A DNA stretch of 64,000 nucleotides from Lepidodermella squamata (Eukaryota; Animalia; Gastrotricha), in assembly GCA_047495785.1 (NCBI GenBank), contig JBLDXI010000042.1, forward strand, positions 5,022,001-5,086,000. Direction: 5' to 3'. Made by a program: the position numbers and the translations under genes. The notes below the pieces were generated by a model that saw only the letters and a program-made list of their open reading frames with translations, was not told the DNA's origin and made no database searches. Below are positions 36,090-49,320 of this stretch, piece after piece; the first letter of the stretch is position 1; each line of letters begins with the position of its first letter.

Positions 36090-36400
36090 TATTCTAAGAC
36101 AGTTAGCAAGTATGGTGAATATACGGATGAACAGTAATCGATAATAGGAAGGATATAAACACGGTAGGCTTCAAGTCTGAAGGAACTATTAGTAAAGGCT
36201 CTACAAATAAATCCACAGAGTTTAAGACATTTTGCTTTAAGGTTATCGCAGTGAATTTGCAGTGAAGTCTAACCTTTTGTGGACAATTATATACCTAAAT
36301 TACGTGAAAAATTAACAACATCTATTTCATACACACCGATACGATATTTAAAACAGAATTTGACAAATTTGACAGCATTGCTTAACGTCTTAACGCTACA
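36090..36400 (-). mobile_element. CR1/L2-type LINE reverse transcriptase C-terminal relic
   Basis: Reads RNLGIIVHKRLDF...KCLKLCGFICRAF...YRVYILPIIDYCSSVYSPY, matching the DLGV..D..L.F / Y...VRP.LEY....WSPY region, with stops and a frameshift. Confidence 0.6.
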
Positions 36401-37034
36401 GAACTGATAGTGCAACCTGAAATGTTAGAATGTAGAAAATGTGTGCTTTTATATATATACTCGATATAAGAGTAAAGCCCGCTCTGTGTATACATGTTTT
36501 ATATAATAATATAAAGATGTATAAAGCTGTAGTAGGCTAACATGTTCATAATGCTATGCATTTATTATACTATACACGCGAATGCATGCGAATGACGACA
36601 GCACGCCGCGGCTTTCATTCTGCTATCGCATGAATATTGCGTAGAACACACGCATGTTGTGATGTAGTGCGACTACTACTCGCATTTGTGATGTTATACA
36701 TGTGAGCGGTTAATTATATGAATGGCATTTGTAGTAATGTTATTACTATATGTGTCTGCTATTGCAGCAGGGAAAGATGAATGTGTGCTTGCATGTTTGC
36801 GGCGAGCATCTTTGCTCCCGTCTTATTAGCATGGCCTTCATTATTTATTTTACATGTCGCACGTAACGCTCATAGGGAAACAATTTTGTCCTATAACAGC
36901 GCAACTTGGTGAAGAAAATTCTTGAAAAATCAGTAAATTCGTGTAAAGACAAATTAACGGCTCTTCACAGGGGCGTAGCTAGGATTTTTGGTCGGTGGTT
37001 GTTTTATCAAAAAAAAATAACAATGCCTCTAAAA

Positions 37035-37814
37035 CAGTGGTGCGCAAACTTTTTTAGCTGTCGGCGATTTTGGCGGCCGGGAATGTCCTTAACCGGCCGC
37101 AACACTCTCGGCGTCTCCAACCGGCCGCACTGCCGGAATACTTTTACATGTCATCGGTGAAAGCGACTTGCTTTCTTTTTTAATATTTTTTTTTCATCAA
37201 CATTTCAACGAGAAAATTCCTAATTCTCTACAATTATTACCAATTTTCTACGGTTGATGATGAAGAACTTTTCATGAGACTACCCGAAAGCTAAAATTGC
37301 TACCAGCCTTCTCGATTTGAATCATGAATTCTATGAGTAAATACCAGTCTCTTCAATACAATACACAATACAACACAATTGCATACAAATAATTATCCGT
37401 TGCAACCCTTGGCTCCAAATTTCTGAAATCCAAATATTTCAAATCCCTGTCCAAAGGTCGATAAAATCTCTCCGTTCTATCAACTTAAAAGCGGCAAAGA
37501 CGAAGTGGGAAACTTGTGACAATGTCACTCGAGGATGAAAAAGTCGAGGAAAACTACCACCGATTAGATTTTCGATTGTCTCAAATTTCAGCCGGCATTT
37601 TACAAGCAAAATTTACAAAATTAATTCATAGATTTAAGGTGGCTATATCTATCGATTACTGAATAGGATTTTGAAGCTGGGTACCTTCTCTCACCATTCA
37701 AAACAAAATCGTTGACTGCATAAGCGTCGACCTGCCGCGCGTACAGCAACTGAGCTCAAAGGCCAGTAGTCGGCCGCCAAAAATTCCTCGAAAAACCGAG
37801 TTTGCGCACCACTG
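37035..37814. mobile_element. hAT-type MITE
   Basis: 16-bp TIR CAGTGGTGCGCAAACT and 8-bp TSD CTCTAAAA (37027-37034 and 37815-37822). Confidence 0.88.
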
Positions 37815-38049
37815 CTCTAAAAAAACATGTAAATTCTACAGCGCCCGATTTTTAAGGGTATTCAAGTGTCTTTTAAAAATAACTCGGTGTTTAAATCCAT
37901 TAGCGCCACATATGTGGCATGATTTTTCTGTATAAACATGCTAAACAAGAAGACCGAAAATAAGGGGTTTTTTAATTTCCATTTTGGCAGTTGTTTGACA
38001 ATCAAAACAACTGCCTGGATGCGCCCCTGGTAGGCCCTGGTAGCTTTAT

Positions 38050-38200
38050 ATTTGTATGGTATAACATGAGTAAAGGGTTCATTTCTGAACGGAGCCGACC
38101 GAGATTTACGAATCGAAACGAGCCGGAGGCGAGTTGAGATGAGTAAATCGAGTGCGGCGAGTTCAGATATAAACGATTCACGAATGTTATACCGTAAAAT
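38050..38200. repeat. Imperfect palindromic dispersed repeat, related to 56396-56545
   Basis: Alignable with 56396-56580 (ATTTGTATG.TATA...AAATCGAGTGCGG...CAGATAT...CGTAAAATAT); central CGAGCCGGAGGCGAG. Confidence 0.6.
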
Positions 38201-38691
38201 ATCGAATTGGCCAAGCTACTCGACCTATATTTTGATGTATTTTGGTGGACAATTCTATATTTAGAGAGTATATAAAGAATTTGACTAAAACCTGCGACGC
38301 ATTTTTACGACAGATGTTGGGTCGCGAACGCCAAATTGCCGTCGAAGGTGGACTCTGCTCGCGTTAGCTAGCTAGTAACTAGCTAACAGGCGCTTGAGGG
38401 AAATGTAAAGGTTCCGTCCCGGTTAATAAACATCAATGTTGCCCAAGGGCGTTGTTGCTTTGCTTACACAATCCCATTGGTGAACCCTCGGGTTTCTCAC
38501 TGGACCACCTACCGCAACTATGATGACTGCAATATGCAATATGCAATATTCAGAAAATGACTGAGCACGGGAAATAAATATCATTTTTTATACGCAACCT
38601 CCTGTGCATCGCCCATTGTGAAGCACCTACACTGTATCTGACGATATTCCGCAAGCTCGATTTTGCGATTTTTCACAAATCGCAAATTCTT

Positions 38692-38765
38692 GTGCGAGCA
38701 GTGAGGCTTGAACCAGCGACCTTTCGATCAGCATTGGGGAAGCTTAACTAATAAGCTAAGCCGCC
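38692..38765 (-). mobile_element. tRNA-derived SINE head or tRNA-like relic
   Basis: Minus strand reads GGCGGCT-TAGCTTATTAG (A box) ... GGTTCAAGCC (B box) at tRNA spacing; it does not form a clean cloverleaf. Confidence 0.55.
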
Positions 38766-38899
38766 GCTCACTATTTATGCTGATAAAAAGTTGTTTTTAT
38801 GTGTGATTTTTTCCAACAGCAAAAAATCTCATTAAATTGGCGATAGCATATGCAAACGCATCGATAGGATGAAAAGCTAGTGATAAATGAAAGTAGGCA

Positions 38900-39487
38900 A
38901 TTTTTTCGCGAACCAATATTCACCCCGTCGTTGGAGGCTATGGTTGCTGTCGTCAATACAGTAGTCAAACAGCAGATGGGCTGTCTATTCGTCTCGATTC
39001 GAGCGAGCAGGCGGCTCAGATCCGATGTCTGGAAAAGATTCCTGGTGCGAAAATCATTCAAACTGCTAAGCCAAAATACCGAATTGTGTTGACCAACTTC
39101 GACACCGATGCTGTATCAACGACTGCGATCAAGGCTGCCTTTGGCGACAAGATGACTAAGATGGTCGAACTGCGCGGCAAACAAGCTATGTTCGAGCTCA
39201 ACGACTACGATCTTGCTGAAAATTGCGTGAAAAACGGCCTGATTTGCAAGCCGTTCATGTTACGATTCCGATGGTTTATTGTCAAGCAATCTGATGTTGT
39301 TCAATGTTTCAACTGCCAGCGATATGGCCACCTGGCTCGAAACTGCTCCGATGAGATCCGATGCCTACGATGTGGTCGAAAACACGACGTGAAGAACTGT
39401 TCGCGGAGTGTTCATTGCTGCAATTGTGGTGGCGAGCACACCGCGAACTCGAGGGATTGCCCTCTGCGCCGGCCCTCGGCTGGCTGA
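38900..39487 (+). mobile_element. Non-LTR retrotransposon ORF1 (gag-like) fragment with three zinc knuckles
   Basis: QCFNCQRYGHLARNC, CLRCGRKHDVKNC and CCNCGGEHTANSRDCP form the triple-knuckle pattern of I/Jockey-group ORF1. No ORF2 follows. Confidence 0.75.
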
Positions 39488-39852
39488 AACGAAAGTTTCA
39501 TGGGAAATTGCTATGCAATTTCAAGACGGGTCGGGGGGTAACTGGGATTTCTAACGAAATCCTAGTTGCCCATCCACTCTAAATTTGGGAAAATTTTTAA
39601 GGACGGGATAGTTTGGGTCCCAAGGGGCGGGTTCTGGGTCTAAGTGGTGACGGTGGGTGGTTAAGTTGGTCCCACTTTGGCTACATGATGAATCCGCTGC
39701 CAGGTCCGTCTGTGATCTTCCATCGCAAGTGACGCTGTAGGGGCAAATTGATAGCCCGATCGGCGCGGCTCTGAGCCAAATTCCCCAGTAAGTTAGGGGG
39801 GGGGGGGGGGGCTGTCGTCAATAACTGCACACAATAACGGACCCACATCTTT

Positions 39853-41283
39853 TCATCGGAACAATAATAACTTTCATCGTACTCTTTTTCATTAAACCAT
39901 CGGAAATACAATTTTTCAGAAAATTTTGCATTAAACTGTCGGAATCGAAAACGTGCATTATTCCATCGGAACACGCCATTAATTCATCGGAAAGGGGTTC
40001 TATAGGTTTAGTGGTCATTTTTCAAGATTGCTTTATTGATAATAAATGGAATTGTTGCGAAATTATGAGGCAGAAGATGAGGCAGAAGGTAGGAGCCGAT
40101 CAATTCTTTTTCGAATCCGCTGATGAGGATAGGAAGACCTCGAAATCGTTGATAAGTCGCCTTATATGTGATCAATTATGAATTCGACGAGCAGCCAGAG
40201 AAAAAAGGAGAAAAGCCTTTTTAGACCGCGGTCATTTCTTGCAATTTTCTTCTCAAATTGCGGCCAAGTGCTTTCAAGTCGATGCGATCCACAAGGTCAT
40301 TCAAGAGGGTTACTTTAAGACGGCTATTATATCCCGTGTTTCGTGCTTGAGATTTTAAGACTATGTGTTACTTTCATATGAAGTTTAACTGTCGCAAATG
40401 GTTCGGAAGTGCTTTGTTTGGTTTTCCGATGGTTTCAGTCAGTAATTTGCTGTTACAGCGGGTGGAATCAAGCTTTGGTACGCGGTCCACGAAGCTGTTG
40501 TCCAACTGGCGAAAGATTACGAGGCGATTTCCGACGGTTTCAGACGATAATTAATCAATTTCTCTTTGCAGTTCCTAGTGTAATGGCTATCGACGAAGGA
40601 TGAGCTTAGGGCTATTCCTAATGCTTACGTTTGCGAAGACTTCATTAAGTAATTCGAGCCAATTTATATCTATGGTCCGCTGTCGTGTTGGTATGAAGGC
40701 GCCTCTGATTTTATAATAATAACGCACTATAACTAATAACGCAAATGAATCGCTGAATAATCGGCTAAAGGCTGAAGGAACTGATAGGACTGTCCCGCCC
40801 TCACTGCATTTCTCTCGAAAACCGACGATGTCATCAATCACTGGGTTTCTGAAACCTTTGGTTGCTGAGTCTAGATGTGGTCGCGGGCGTGGTCGTAGTA
40901 CGGCTTTTGTTCCAGCCCAAGCTAAACCTGTGGTTTCTGAACCAAGGCGTGGTCGTAGTCGGTCAACAGCTATCACATCGATATATGTTGACGAAACTGT
41001 CTGTAGCCGAGGTCGAGGTCGTGGCAAACTCACCAGCTCTGTTTCTGTCGACGTAGGAAAAAACGGAGGGCTAACAACTCGAAATACGCGCCGGGGTTGA
41101 AATTTTAAAACAGCTTTCTAATTATTCGTCGGAAATCAGTATCTTAAAGTGTCGGAATATACTGTAATTGACATGAAGCTTTTCCGATGAAATAATGCAT
41201 TTTTAATAGCGAAATATTTATTCCGATGGTTCCGATGGTTTCAGATAAAAATGGTACGATGAAAGTAATTATTGTTCCGATGA
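39853..41283. mobile_element. Decayed DNA transposon with long imperfect inverted repeats, probably Mutator-like
   Basis: TCATCGGAACAATAATAACTTTCATCGTAC...CCATCGGAA at the left is inverted at 41220-41283. Internal plus-strand relics MCYFHMK and repeated RGRGR resemble MULE transposase features. No TSD found. Confidence 0.5.
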
Positions 41284-42078
41284 TTTGAAGTTACTTCACA
41301 ATAACCTAGGGCCTAGGTGGTATACCATAAGACGTAATTGTGCCCAATTTTCGCAAAATTCCACGTTCAGGTTACAAAATATTGAAAATTATTCGTACCC
41401 TACGAATATAGTCTACCATTTTTTGCCTGATGACCAAGGCGATGCACATGCGGTCGCGTAAAAATTCGTTATTAGTAGGCTCAGTGTGAATACGGCTTCG
41501 ATATTGATGCGAGTGATTTTTTTGCGACCTAAAATCACACGACACCACACAGCAAAACACAGCGCACGTACGTGCGCTAGTTTTTTGCAGTGGCCAGCCG
41601 TACGGCTGGCTGATGGTGTCGCGTGTTTTAGCTCGTAAGAAAAAACATCACTAGCATCAATATCTAGCCATATTCACTTTGAGCCTACCAATAACCAACA
41701 TAACACGATGGCATTGCTTTATTTGCTACATGAGGATTCATTCCGTATTTTTTATTATCGCACTTTTGTAATAATAGTAGCTCAAACGTTTCAGACGATC
41801 ACGTTAATAAATAGCTTTTTGTCAACATCCTTGCATCGTAGGGCAAGCGGCAAGCCATTAGGTTTTATCGAAAATCTCAAGGCTACACGGCCCGTGCAGA
41901 CAATCCAGAGTTGGTGGTGATTGAGAGGCAGTTTCTTCTCGCTTTTCAGCATCCATTCAAGTTGTCTCAACTCGACAGCCTGAATGAGTATGAGGAGTGA
42001 GGAGTATGATAATCACATGGCCTAATGTCATCGGCGAAAAAGGGTTTTCTGTCAAACAAGAAGCAGACGGCATCATCG

Positions 42079-45000
42079 CTACAACATTGCACCGGCTGCT
42101 GTGAGAATGTCTATGGTCTTTTGCTTGTCTTCTTCCGACACATCGTCATCGCAAGTCTGGGCAATTAGCAGAGCTGTCCAGCCCTTCGACGGAACTCTGT
42201 AATTGACATCAGCGCCCAGTTCACGTATCAGAACATCTACAACAGCGTGGCGACCTTTGAATGATGCTGCCATAAGTACAGAGCGCCATTTCTGAGTTGG
42301 AGGATCTAGTAGTCTTCCAAGTTTATGTGACATTTGATTTAAAACCTCTGAGGCGAAGTCTAGAGAATTTAGGTTGGCGTTAAACCGCGAAGCTAGAAGT
42401 CTCACGATTTCAACATGGCCATCGTAAGCTGCAATGTGTAAAGGCGTTGTCCCATCTTCATCTTCTGAGTTGACATCAGCTCCGCAGTTCGCTACAAGGA
42501 GATTAACAATTTCCGAATTCCCTGAATATGAAGCAGCATGAAGAGTTGTCCAACCGTTAATTGCAGCCAAGTCGGTGCTTGCGCTGAACAACCCGGCTAA
42601 AATTCTGACGATTTCCGCGTGCCCATTCATAGCAGCGATAATCATAGGCGTCTCGCCATTCTTATTCCGGGAATTAACGTCGCAATGAAATTCCTCGGCC
42701 AGTAATTTGATGATCTCGGCGTGTCCATTCGCAGCTGCAATGTGCAACAGCGTTTCACCGTTTTCCAAAGTTGCATTGACGTCGCACATTGATTCACTTG
42801 CAGCTAAGATTCTGACGATTTCCACGTGTCCATAACCAGCAGCGAAGTGCATCGGCGTCCTACCGCCTTCTCCAGATGCATTAACGTCGCACTTTAAGTC
42901 CACAACTAACAATCTGACGATTTCAACGTATCCATTCTGAGAAGCAACGTGTAAAGGTGTCCAGCCATTTTTATCTCGCGCATTCACGTCGCAGTTAAAT
43001 TCTCGCGCTAGCAATCGGACGATTTCTACACGTTCATTCCAAACAGCGATAAACATAGGCGTCGCGCCATTCTTATTCAGGGAATTAACATCGCAATGAA
43101 ATTCCGCAGCCAGTAATTTGATGATCTCGGCGTGTCCATTCGCAGCTGCAATGTGCAACAGCGTTTCACCGTTTTTCAAAGTTGCATTAACGTCGCACCT
43201 GAACTTGTCTGCTAACATTCTAACGATTGCCACATGCCCATTCTGAACAGCGAAGTGCGCAGGCGTCCAACCCCCTTCACCACGGGCATCAACATCGCAC
43301 ATTGATTCACTTGCAGCTAAGATTCTGACGATTTCCACGTGTCCATAACCAGCAGCGAAGTGCATCGGCGTCCTACCGCCTTCTCCAGATGCATTAACGT
43401 CGCACTTTAAGTCCACAACTAACAATCTGACGATTTCAACGTATCCATTCTGAGAAGCAACGTGTAAAGGTGTCCAGCCATTTTTATCTCGCGCATTCAC
43501 GTCGCAGTTAAATTCTCGCGCTAGCAATCGGACGATTTCTACACGTTCATTCAAAACAGCGATAAACATAGGTGTCGCGCCAGTTTCATCAGGCGAATCA
43601 GCGTTGCAGTTGAAATCCTTTGCTAACATTCTTGCAATTTCTGCGTTTCCGTCCTCAGCAGCAATATGCAATGCCGTATACCCGCCTTCCACTTTGGCAT
43701 CAACGTCGCAATTCAATTCTCCTGCTAAACGTCTGATTACGTTTGCGTGTCCGTTTTGAACAGCAACGTGCAATGGCGTCAGGCGTTTTTTGCCCAGTGC
43801 GTTAACATCGCACTTATAGTCTGCTACTAACATTCTGACAATTTCCTCTTGTCCATTCAGAGCAGCAACGTGCAAAGGTATCACGTCATCCATATTACGA
43901 GCATAAATGTTAGCATTGCATGCCCCTGCCAGCAGCCTGACGATTTCTGCGTTTCCATTCTTAGCGGCAATGTGCAAAGGCGTCCAGCCACCTTTACCAG
44001 GAAGATTAACTTCGCCTTTGAATTCCTTTGCTAAAATCTCGACGATTTTCGCGTGTCCATCCTGAGCAGCGATGAGCAACGGCGTTGCCCCATTCAGAGT
44101 ACGTGCATTTACGTCGCAATGATTTCTCCCCGCTAAAATTCGAACGATTTGTGTGTGGCCATCCTGGGCAGCGTAATGCAATGGCGTCCAGAGATTTTTA
44201 ACCTGGGAATTAACGTTTCCATTGAATTTCTCTACCAACAATCTGACGACTTCCACGTGTCCGTTTTGAGCAGCAATGTGCAATGCCGTCCTGCCATCGT
44301 CCAGAGCGGCTTCAACGTCGCAATTAGACTGCCCAGACAATACTTCGACGATTTTAACATGTCCACCCTGAGCGGCGAGGTACAAAGGCGTGGCACCATG
44401 CATTTCCCGAGCGTTAATATTGCCCTTAAACTCTTCCGCTAGCATCCTGACAATATCGGTCTGTCCTTCCTGAGCAGCTACGTGCAATGGCGTCGCGCCA
44501 TGTTTATCCGGAGCATTGACGTCATACCTGGCCTCGGCTAGCATTCTTACAATTCCCGCATGTCCATTCTGAGCAGCGATGAAAAGAGCGGTGGCGCCTT
44601 CCTGATCTGATGATTCCACACTGACATTAAGTTCCCGTGCGAGCAATCTGACGACTTCAGTGTGTCCGCGTTCAGCAGCGACGTGAAGAGGAGTTAGGCC
44701 AATTTCGGGCTGAACTTCAACCTCGCCGCCAAAATCCTCCGCTAGCATCCTCACAATTTCCGAGTGCCCATTTAGAGCAGCAATCAACAAAGGCGTAGCA
44801 TTGCTTTTGTTCCTCGCGTTAACATTGCAGTTGGATTTCCCTGCTAGAATTCTGACGATCTCCGCGTGTCCATTCTGAGCAGCAATGTGCATTGGCGTCC
44901 AGCCATCTTCATCTTGCGCATTAAGGTCTGCCTCGGGAATCTCTGCTAGCATACTGACAATTTCAGTATTTCCATTGTGAGCGGAAATGTGTAACGGTGT

Positions 45001-48000
45001 CAAGCCTTCTTTGCCTTGAGCATTTACGTTGCCCTTGAACTCATCAGTCAGTATTTTCAGAACTTCAGCGTGTCCAAGTTCAGCTGCCAGGTACAAGGAC
45101 GTCCAGCCTTCCTCCGCTGTCTCATCAACGCTGCTCTCGAAATCTTTGGCTAGTAATTTCACGACATCCAGGTTGTTATTCCGTGCTGCAAGATGTAACG
45201 GAGTAAATCCCATCAGCGTTTTACTGTTCACTTTTATGTGTGAATTCGCGAGAAATTTGACGACCTCGGTGTGACCCCCCGAAGCTGCCACATGCAACAA
45301 AGTCATCCCGCGTCCATCCTTAATTTGCACGTTTGCTTTCTCGCCTGCTAGTAGTTTTACGACCCTAGCATGTCCGTTTTTGGCCGCCGCCCATATTGGT
45401 GTCTCATCATCCCTTGTGGGAGAATCGATACTATCGCGGGAAACATTGGCCAGAATGCTTACAATACGAAGATTTCCGATATTCGCAGCTGCGTAGATGG
45501 GAGTTCTACCCATTAGGTCTTCGGATAGCGGATTAGCATTGAAATTCGTTATCAATAGGTCAACAATTTCCTCTTGTCCTTCTTGTGCAGCTAGAAACAA
45601 TGGGGTCACGCCTTCGCTGTTTTTGCAGTCCACGTTTATATATGAGCTTGCTACTGATAACAATGCGTCAACTTTTTCTGTTTCGTGCTGTCCTATTAGG
45701 CGGAAAAGTCTCTGAATGATAATAATTGATAATAAACAATTATTTTGTAATCATTAAATGATTCGCTATTACTTCTTCAGCTTCGCTCAGGGCGGGGAAA
45801 TCATTGTCAGAAGTTGTTTCCGTGAGTTTTTCGACGATTTGATCTTCTGTCAAAGAATTTTCCGTAGGGTTAAGCAGAGCATGCGGCGGACCGCGCTTTA
45901 AGCTGTTTTTTTCTCGAATCATCCTCATAATTGTTGATTGGAATTGAAATGAATAGCCGCGAAAAGCGTCGAAGTCTTTTGGATGGGACCTGCGAGTGTA
46001 AGGAGCTGATAGCAAAGATAGTATTCAATATTCAATAATTGAAATTTACCAGACGATCGCCAGGGTGGAATCAAACTAAAAATAACTGTATTTGAGAACA
46101 TTTTAAAAAGACTCAGAGATTGCTTACCGGCAAGTAGAAATTCGCCAGCTCGAACAATGTTACGCCCAAAGACCACCAGTCGCCTGCCTGTGAGTGATCC
46201 ATCTTCTCGAAATGTTCTGGGGGCTTGTAAAGATTTGTGCCAAGCCCCAATGATCGCCGTTCGTCTCTCGGAGAGCTTTAGAGATATTAATTTGTGTGCA
46301 TTTAGAGCATTTGCGGAACACTAAGTTATTTTTTAGTGCAAAAACGGTGCATAGAAATTTCGAAAAAAATTTTCTCTTTATAGAATAGTCTAAAATTCTA
46401 TGCTCTGTTTTTTGCATTAAAAATCTCAAAGAAGAAACATCTCACAAAAACAGTTAATTACCTTTTGTAAATTTTAGCCAACCCGAAACCTCCTAGCTTG
46501 ACAGAGGTGCTGCCATGAAGAAATACATTCTTGGGTTCTATTGCGCGATGAAGGAATCGGTTTTCGTGCAGCATCGCCACAGCCGAAGCAAGCTGCCGGG
46601 ACCAATTCAACAGCAATTCCTCGGGAATGGGCGCGGTTGAGTTCTTCACGTAATCATTTAAATTTCCATCACAGCAATATTCCATTACAAGATTGTACAT
46701 TGCGCCGACAGGACCAACCTCTTCACAATATGAAATATGGAAATTTATTCATTTTTACATACAGATTGTGCCCTGACTGACCAGCAAATGACCCGAATAC
46801 AGACACAATGTTAGGGTGACGGCAATCGATCAGTTTTAGATTCTATACGATAAAACGCATAAGTGAATTTCAAAAACCAAAAAGCTTTTATTACCTCGTT
46901 TCGGCTTAATTCAATCAATCGTTCGGCAAAACTAGGGTCTTTATCGAAACTTTGGTAAATTGAGCCGAGGTTGAAAGCCTTTACAACATAACGGCCAACG
47001 GTTTTGAGATGCCTGCACAGTATCGTTGAGCCGAATGTACCATTCCCTAAGTCTTTTTCACGTTTGAACTCGAGGATTGAGGAAAAAGCCGACTTCTGCA
47101 CTTTCGCTACTGGCTCTTCGATCGTCTTTACTTTTGTAATGAATGGACTGCCTAGAAGTTCAGCAGCCGTTGCTCTTAAAGAAGGGTCTTTAAGGAGCAT
47201 CGAGAGAACAAAGCAGGAGTACTCCTCGGAATAATTTCGATCTTTGTCAAAGATTTTTGGCTCCTTCCTGGGAATGAGAACGGGAAAGGTAGGTTCAGCC
47301 ATAAAGGGCTTATTTTCGAGAGAAAAATTCATATACTACGCGAGCCGCAAGTTGTACTCTCGCCCACCCCATGAGCATTTCAGGGTTGAAATTTCTTTCA
47401 GATAATAGTGCGTTCACAAACTACTTCGGAGAGGCGTCCGAAGTTTTCGGCCACCGAAGTTTCGTAACAGGCCTCCGAAGTTGCGTAATCGCTGCCCGAA
47501 GTTTAGATTTTCGTTCACAAACGCGCGCACTTCGGCCAGCGCCGCCGAAGTTTGAACAATAGGCGGTGCGCGCGCACCGAACAAAGGACGCGCACAAACT
47601 TCGGTTCGGAGAGCCCCAAAACTGCTCTCCGAAGTGCCTCCGAACCGAAGTTTGAGCGCGTCCGAAGTTATTACGCACGCACGCAAACACGCGCGCGCGC
47701 ACACAGCCACTTGACCACACTGTACCAGGCGCCTCAAATTTGTCTTTCCGGTGATATTTTCATTGAAAATGCGATCCGTTTCATTAGCCATTAAAAAATT
47801 ACATAGCAATAGTGATAAGCATTAGATACTGAGAAATTAATATTGCAAAAATTTCCGGTTTCGAATGGCGAATTTTTAAATCTAGAAATTGCGCGGCTCG
47901 TATGGAAAAAGTGGCTTTGATGAGAATGCGCGAGAATATTTTAGCAAATATTTTTTATAGCGAATCAGGTGAACTGAGCGCTGAAATTTAGCTTCTTTTT

Positions 48001-49320
48001 ATCCTCATCAGAAGGCGCGTCTCATTATGCAAACAATTCGGAGAATTAAGGTAAAATGGAAAAAAATTGCATTGACCCTGAGTAAGAGCCATACCCGGGC
48101 GTGGTGTGTGAGCGAGCGGCCAAACTTCGGCCGCGAACAATAGAAACTTCGGTCGTCACGCTGCGCGCGCGCGTAGAAAATGTCACTGATAAGGCCGCCG
48201 AAGTTTTGCTATTTCTCTCCGAAGTTTCTACTTCGCTCTCCGAAGCGGTCGGTCTCCGAAGTAGTTTGTGAACGCACTATAAGGGGTTTAGCCTGGACAT
48301 TTTCGCGAGGATATGCCTTACTTTCATGTAACACGTCTAACCTACCCCGTAATATCACCTTGGATATCAAACTGAAAAAAAGGAATGACTTCAGATTGAA
48401 AGAGCCGAAAGAGCTCCTAGCTTACTGGCTTGAAGAAATTTGCCAGCTCGAAGAAAGTAACACCGAGAGACCACCAGTCACTCGCCTCTGAATTTTTCTT
48501 GTTAAAAAAAGTTTCCGGCGCCCTGTAGAATGCCGCGCCAAGTCCAATCAATGAGCTGCTCGCAGCCCTGCCAAAAAAAGAATTCAAGCTTCTCTCAACG
48601 TGCTATGCCTGTTATCAGAACTCACATGTCTGGAGGGGGTCTCGCCAGGCCAAAATCGCCAATTTTAACAATTCTCTCGTCCGCGCATAAGAAGATGTTA
48701 TGTGGCTTGATGTCACGATGCAGCACGCCGTGGCTGTGGATCGTATCGACTGCTGACACCAACTGGCATGCCCAACCGTGCAAGACCTCTTCGGGTATTA
48801 CCTCGCTGGCTTCTTTTTTTCGTTCGATGTAACCTGCCAAATCACCATTTGAACAATATTCCATGAATAAGCAGTTAATCTCGTTCCCGACTTTCCAATC
48901 GAGCCCCTCAACCGGTTGCTGCAAACATTCTACAAAGCATTTAGCATTTAGCTGTTTTGGGATTGGATCTATTGCTAAAGTATACCTGTGTATGCGTCAA
49001 TGATGGTGACGATGTTTTCATGTTTCAGTTTCCTCATTATTTCGTACTAGAGCAGTGATATCGTTGCTATCATTGATAAGAATAAAGTAATTATTTACCT
49101 CACGATGGTTCATCTTTCTGAGCTTCTCCGCTATTTTCGCACCACTCTTCGCTTTGCTTTCCCTATGAATCTCGTCCAAATTGACAACCTTTACCACGCA
49201 GTCGTCACCAACAAAATCATCATCCGTCCGCTGACATAGCCATGTATAACCGAAACTTCCTTTTCTTAATTCTTTCTTTGCGATGACTTTTGTTGATTTC
49301 GATATGTATGCAGCCGCCAT
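42079..49320 (-). CDS. Gene K1: NEK-like Ser/Thr kinase + pseudokinase + about 34 ankyrin repeats (terminal exon 42079-45711)
   Basis: Kinase 1: KGSFG, VVK, MEYC, HRDIKPHNIFL, KIGDFGLA, YRAPE, SDWWSLG. Kinase 2: GNGTFG, YVVK, HRAIEPKNVFL, KLGGFGLA. In-frame intron 45712-45772 joins EAEE to RLFRLIG and the ankyrin exon. Confidence 0.85.
47406..48279. mobile_element. PIF/Harbinger-type MITE in a K1 intron, same family as 6747-7522
   Basis: 27-bp TIR TAGTGCGTTCACAAACTACTTCGGAGA and TAA TSD. The first ~300 bp align with 6747-7060. Confidence 0.88.

Noticed and set aside
36968-38028. Possible outer hAT element (CAGGGGCGTAGCTAG ... CTGGATGCGCCCCTG) around the 37035-37814 MITE
   Set aside because: The TIR match is imperfect and there is no 8-bp TSD.
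38692-38765. Functional tRNA gene
   Set aside because: A and B boxes are present, but acceptor and anticodon stems do not pair well; kept only as a SINE-like relic.
42079-45663. Stand-alone or endosymbiont-derived (Wolbachia-like) ankyrin gene
   Set aside because: It joins the upstream kinase exons through a canonical intron conserved in all three paralogues.
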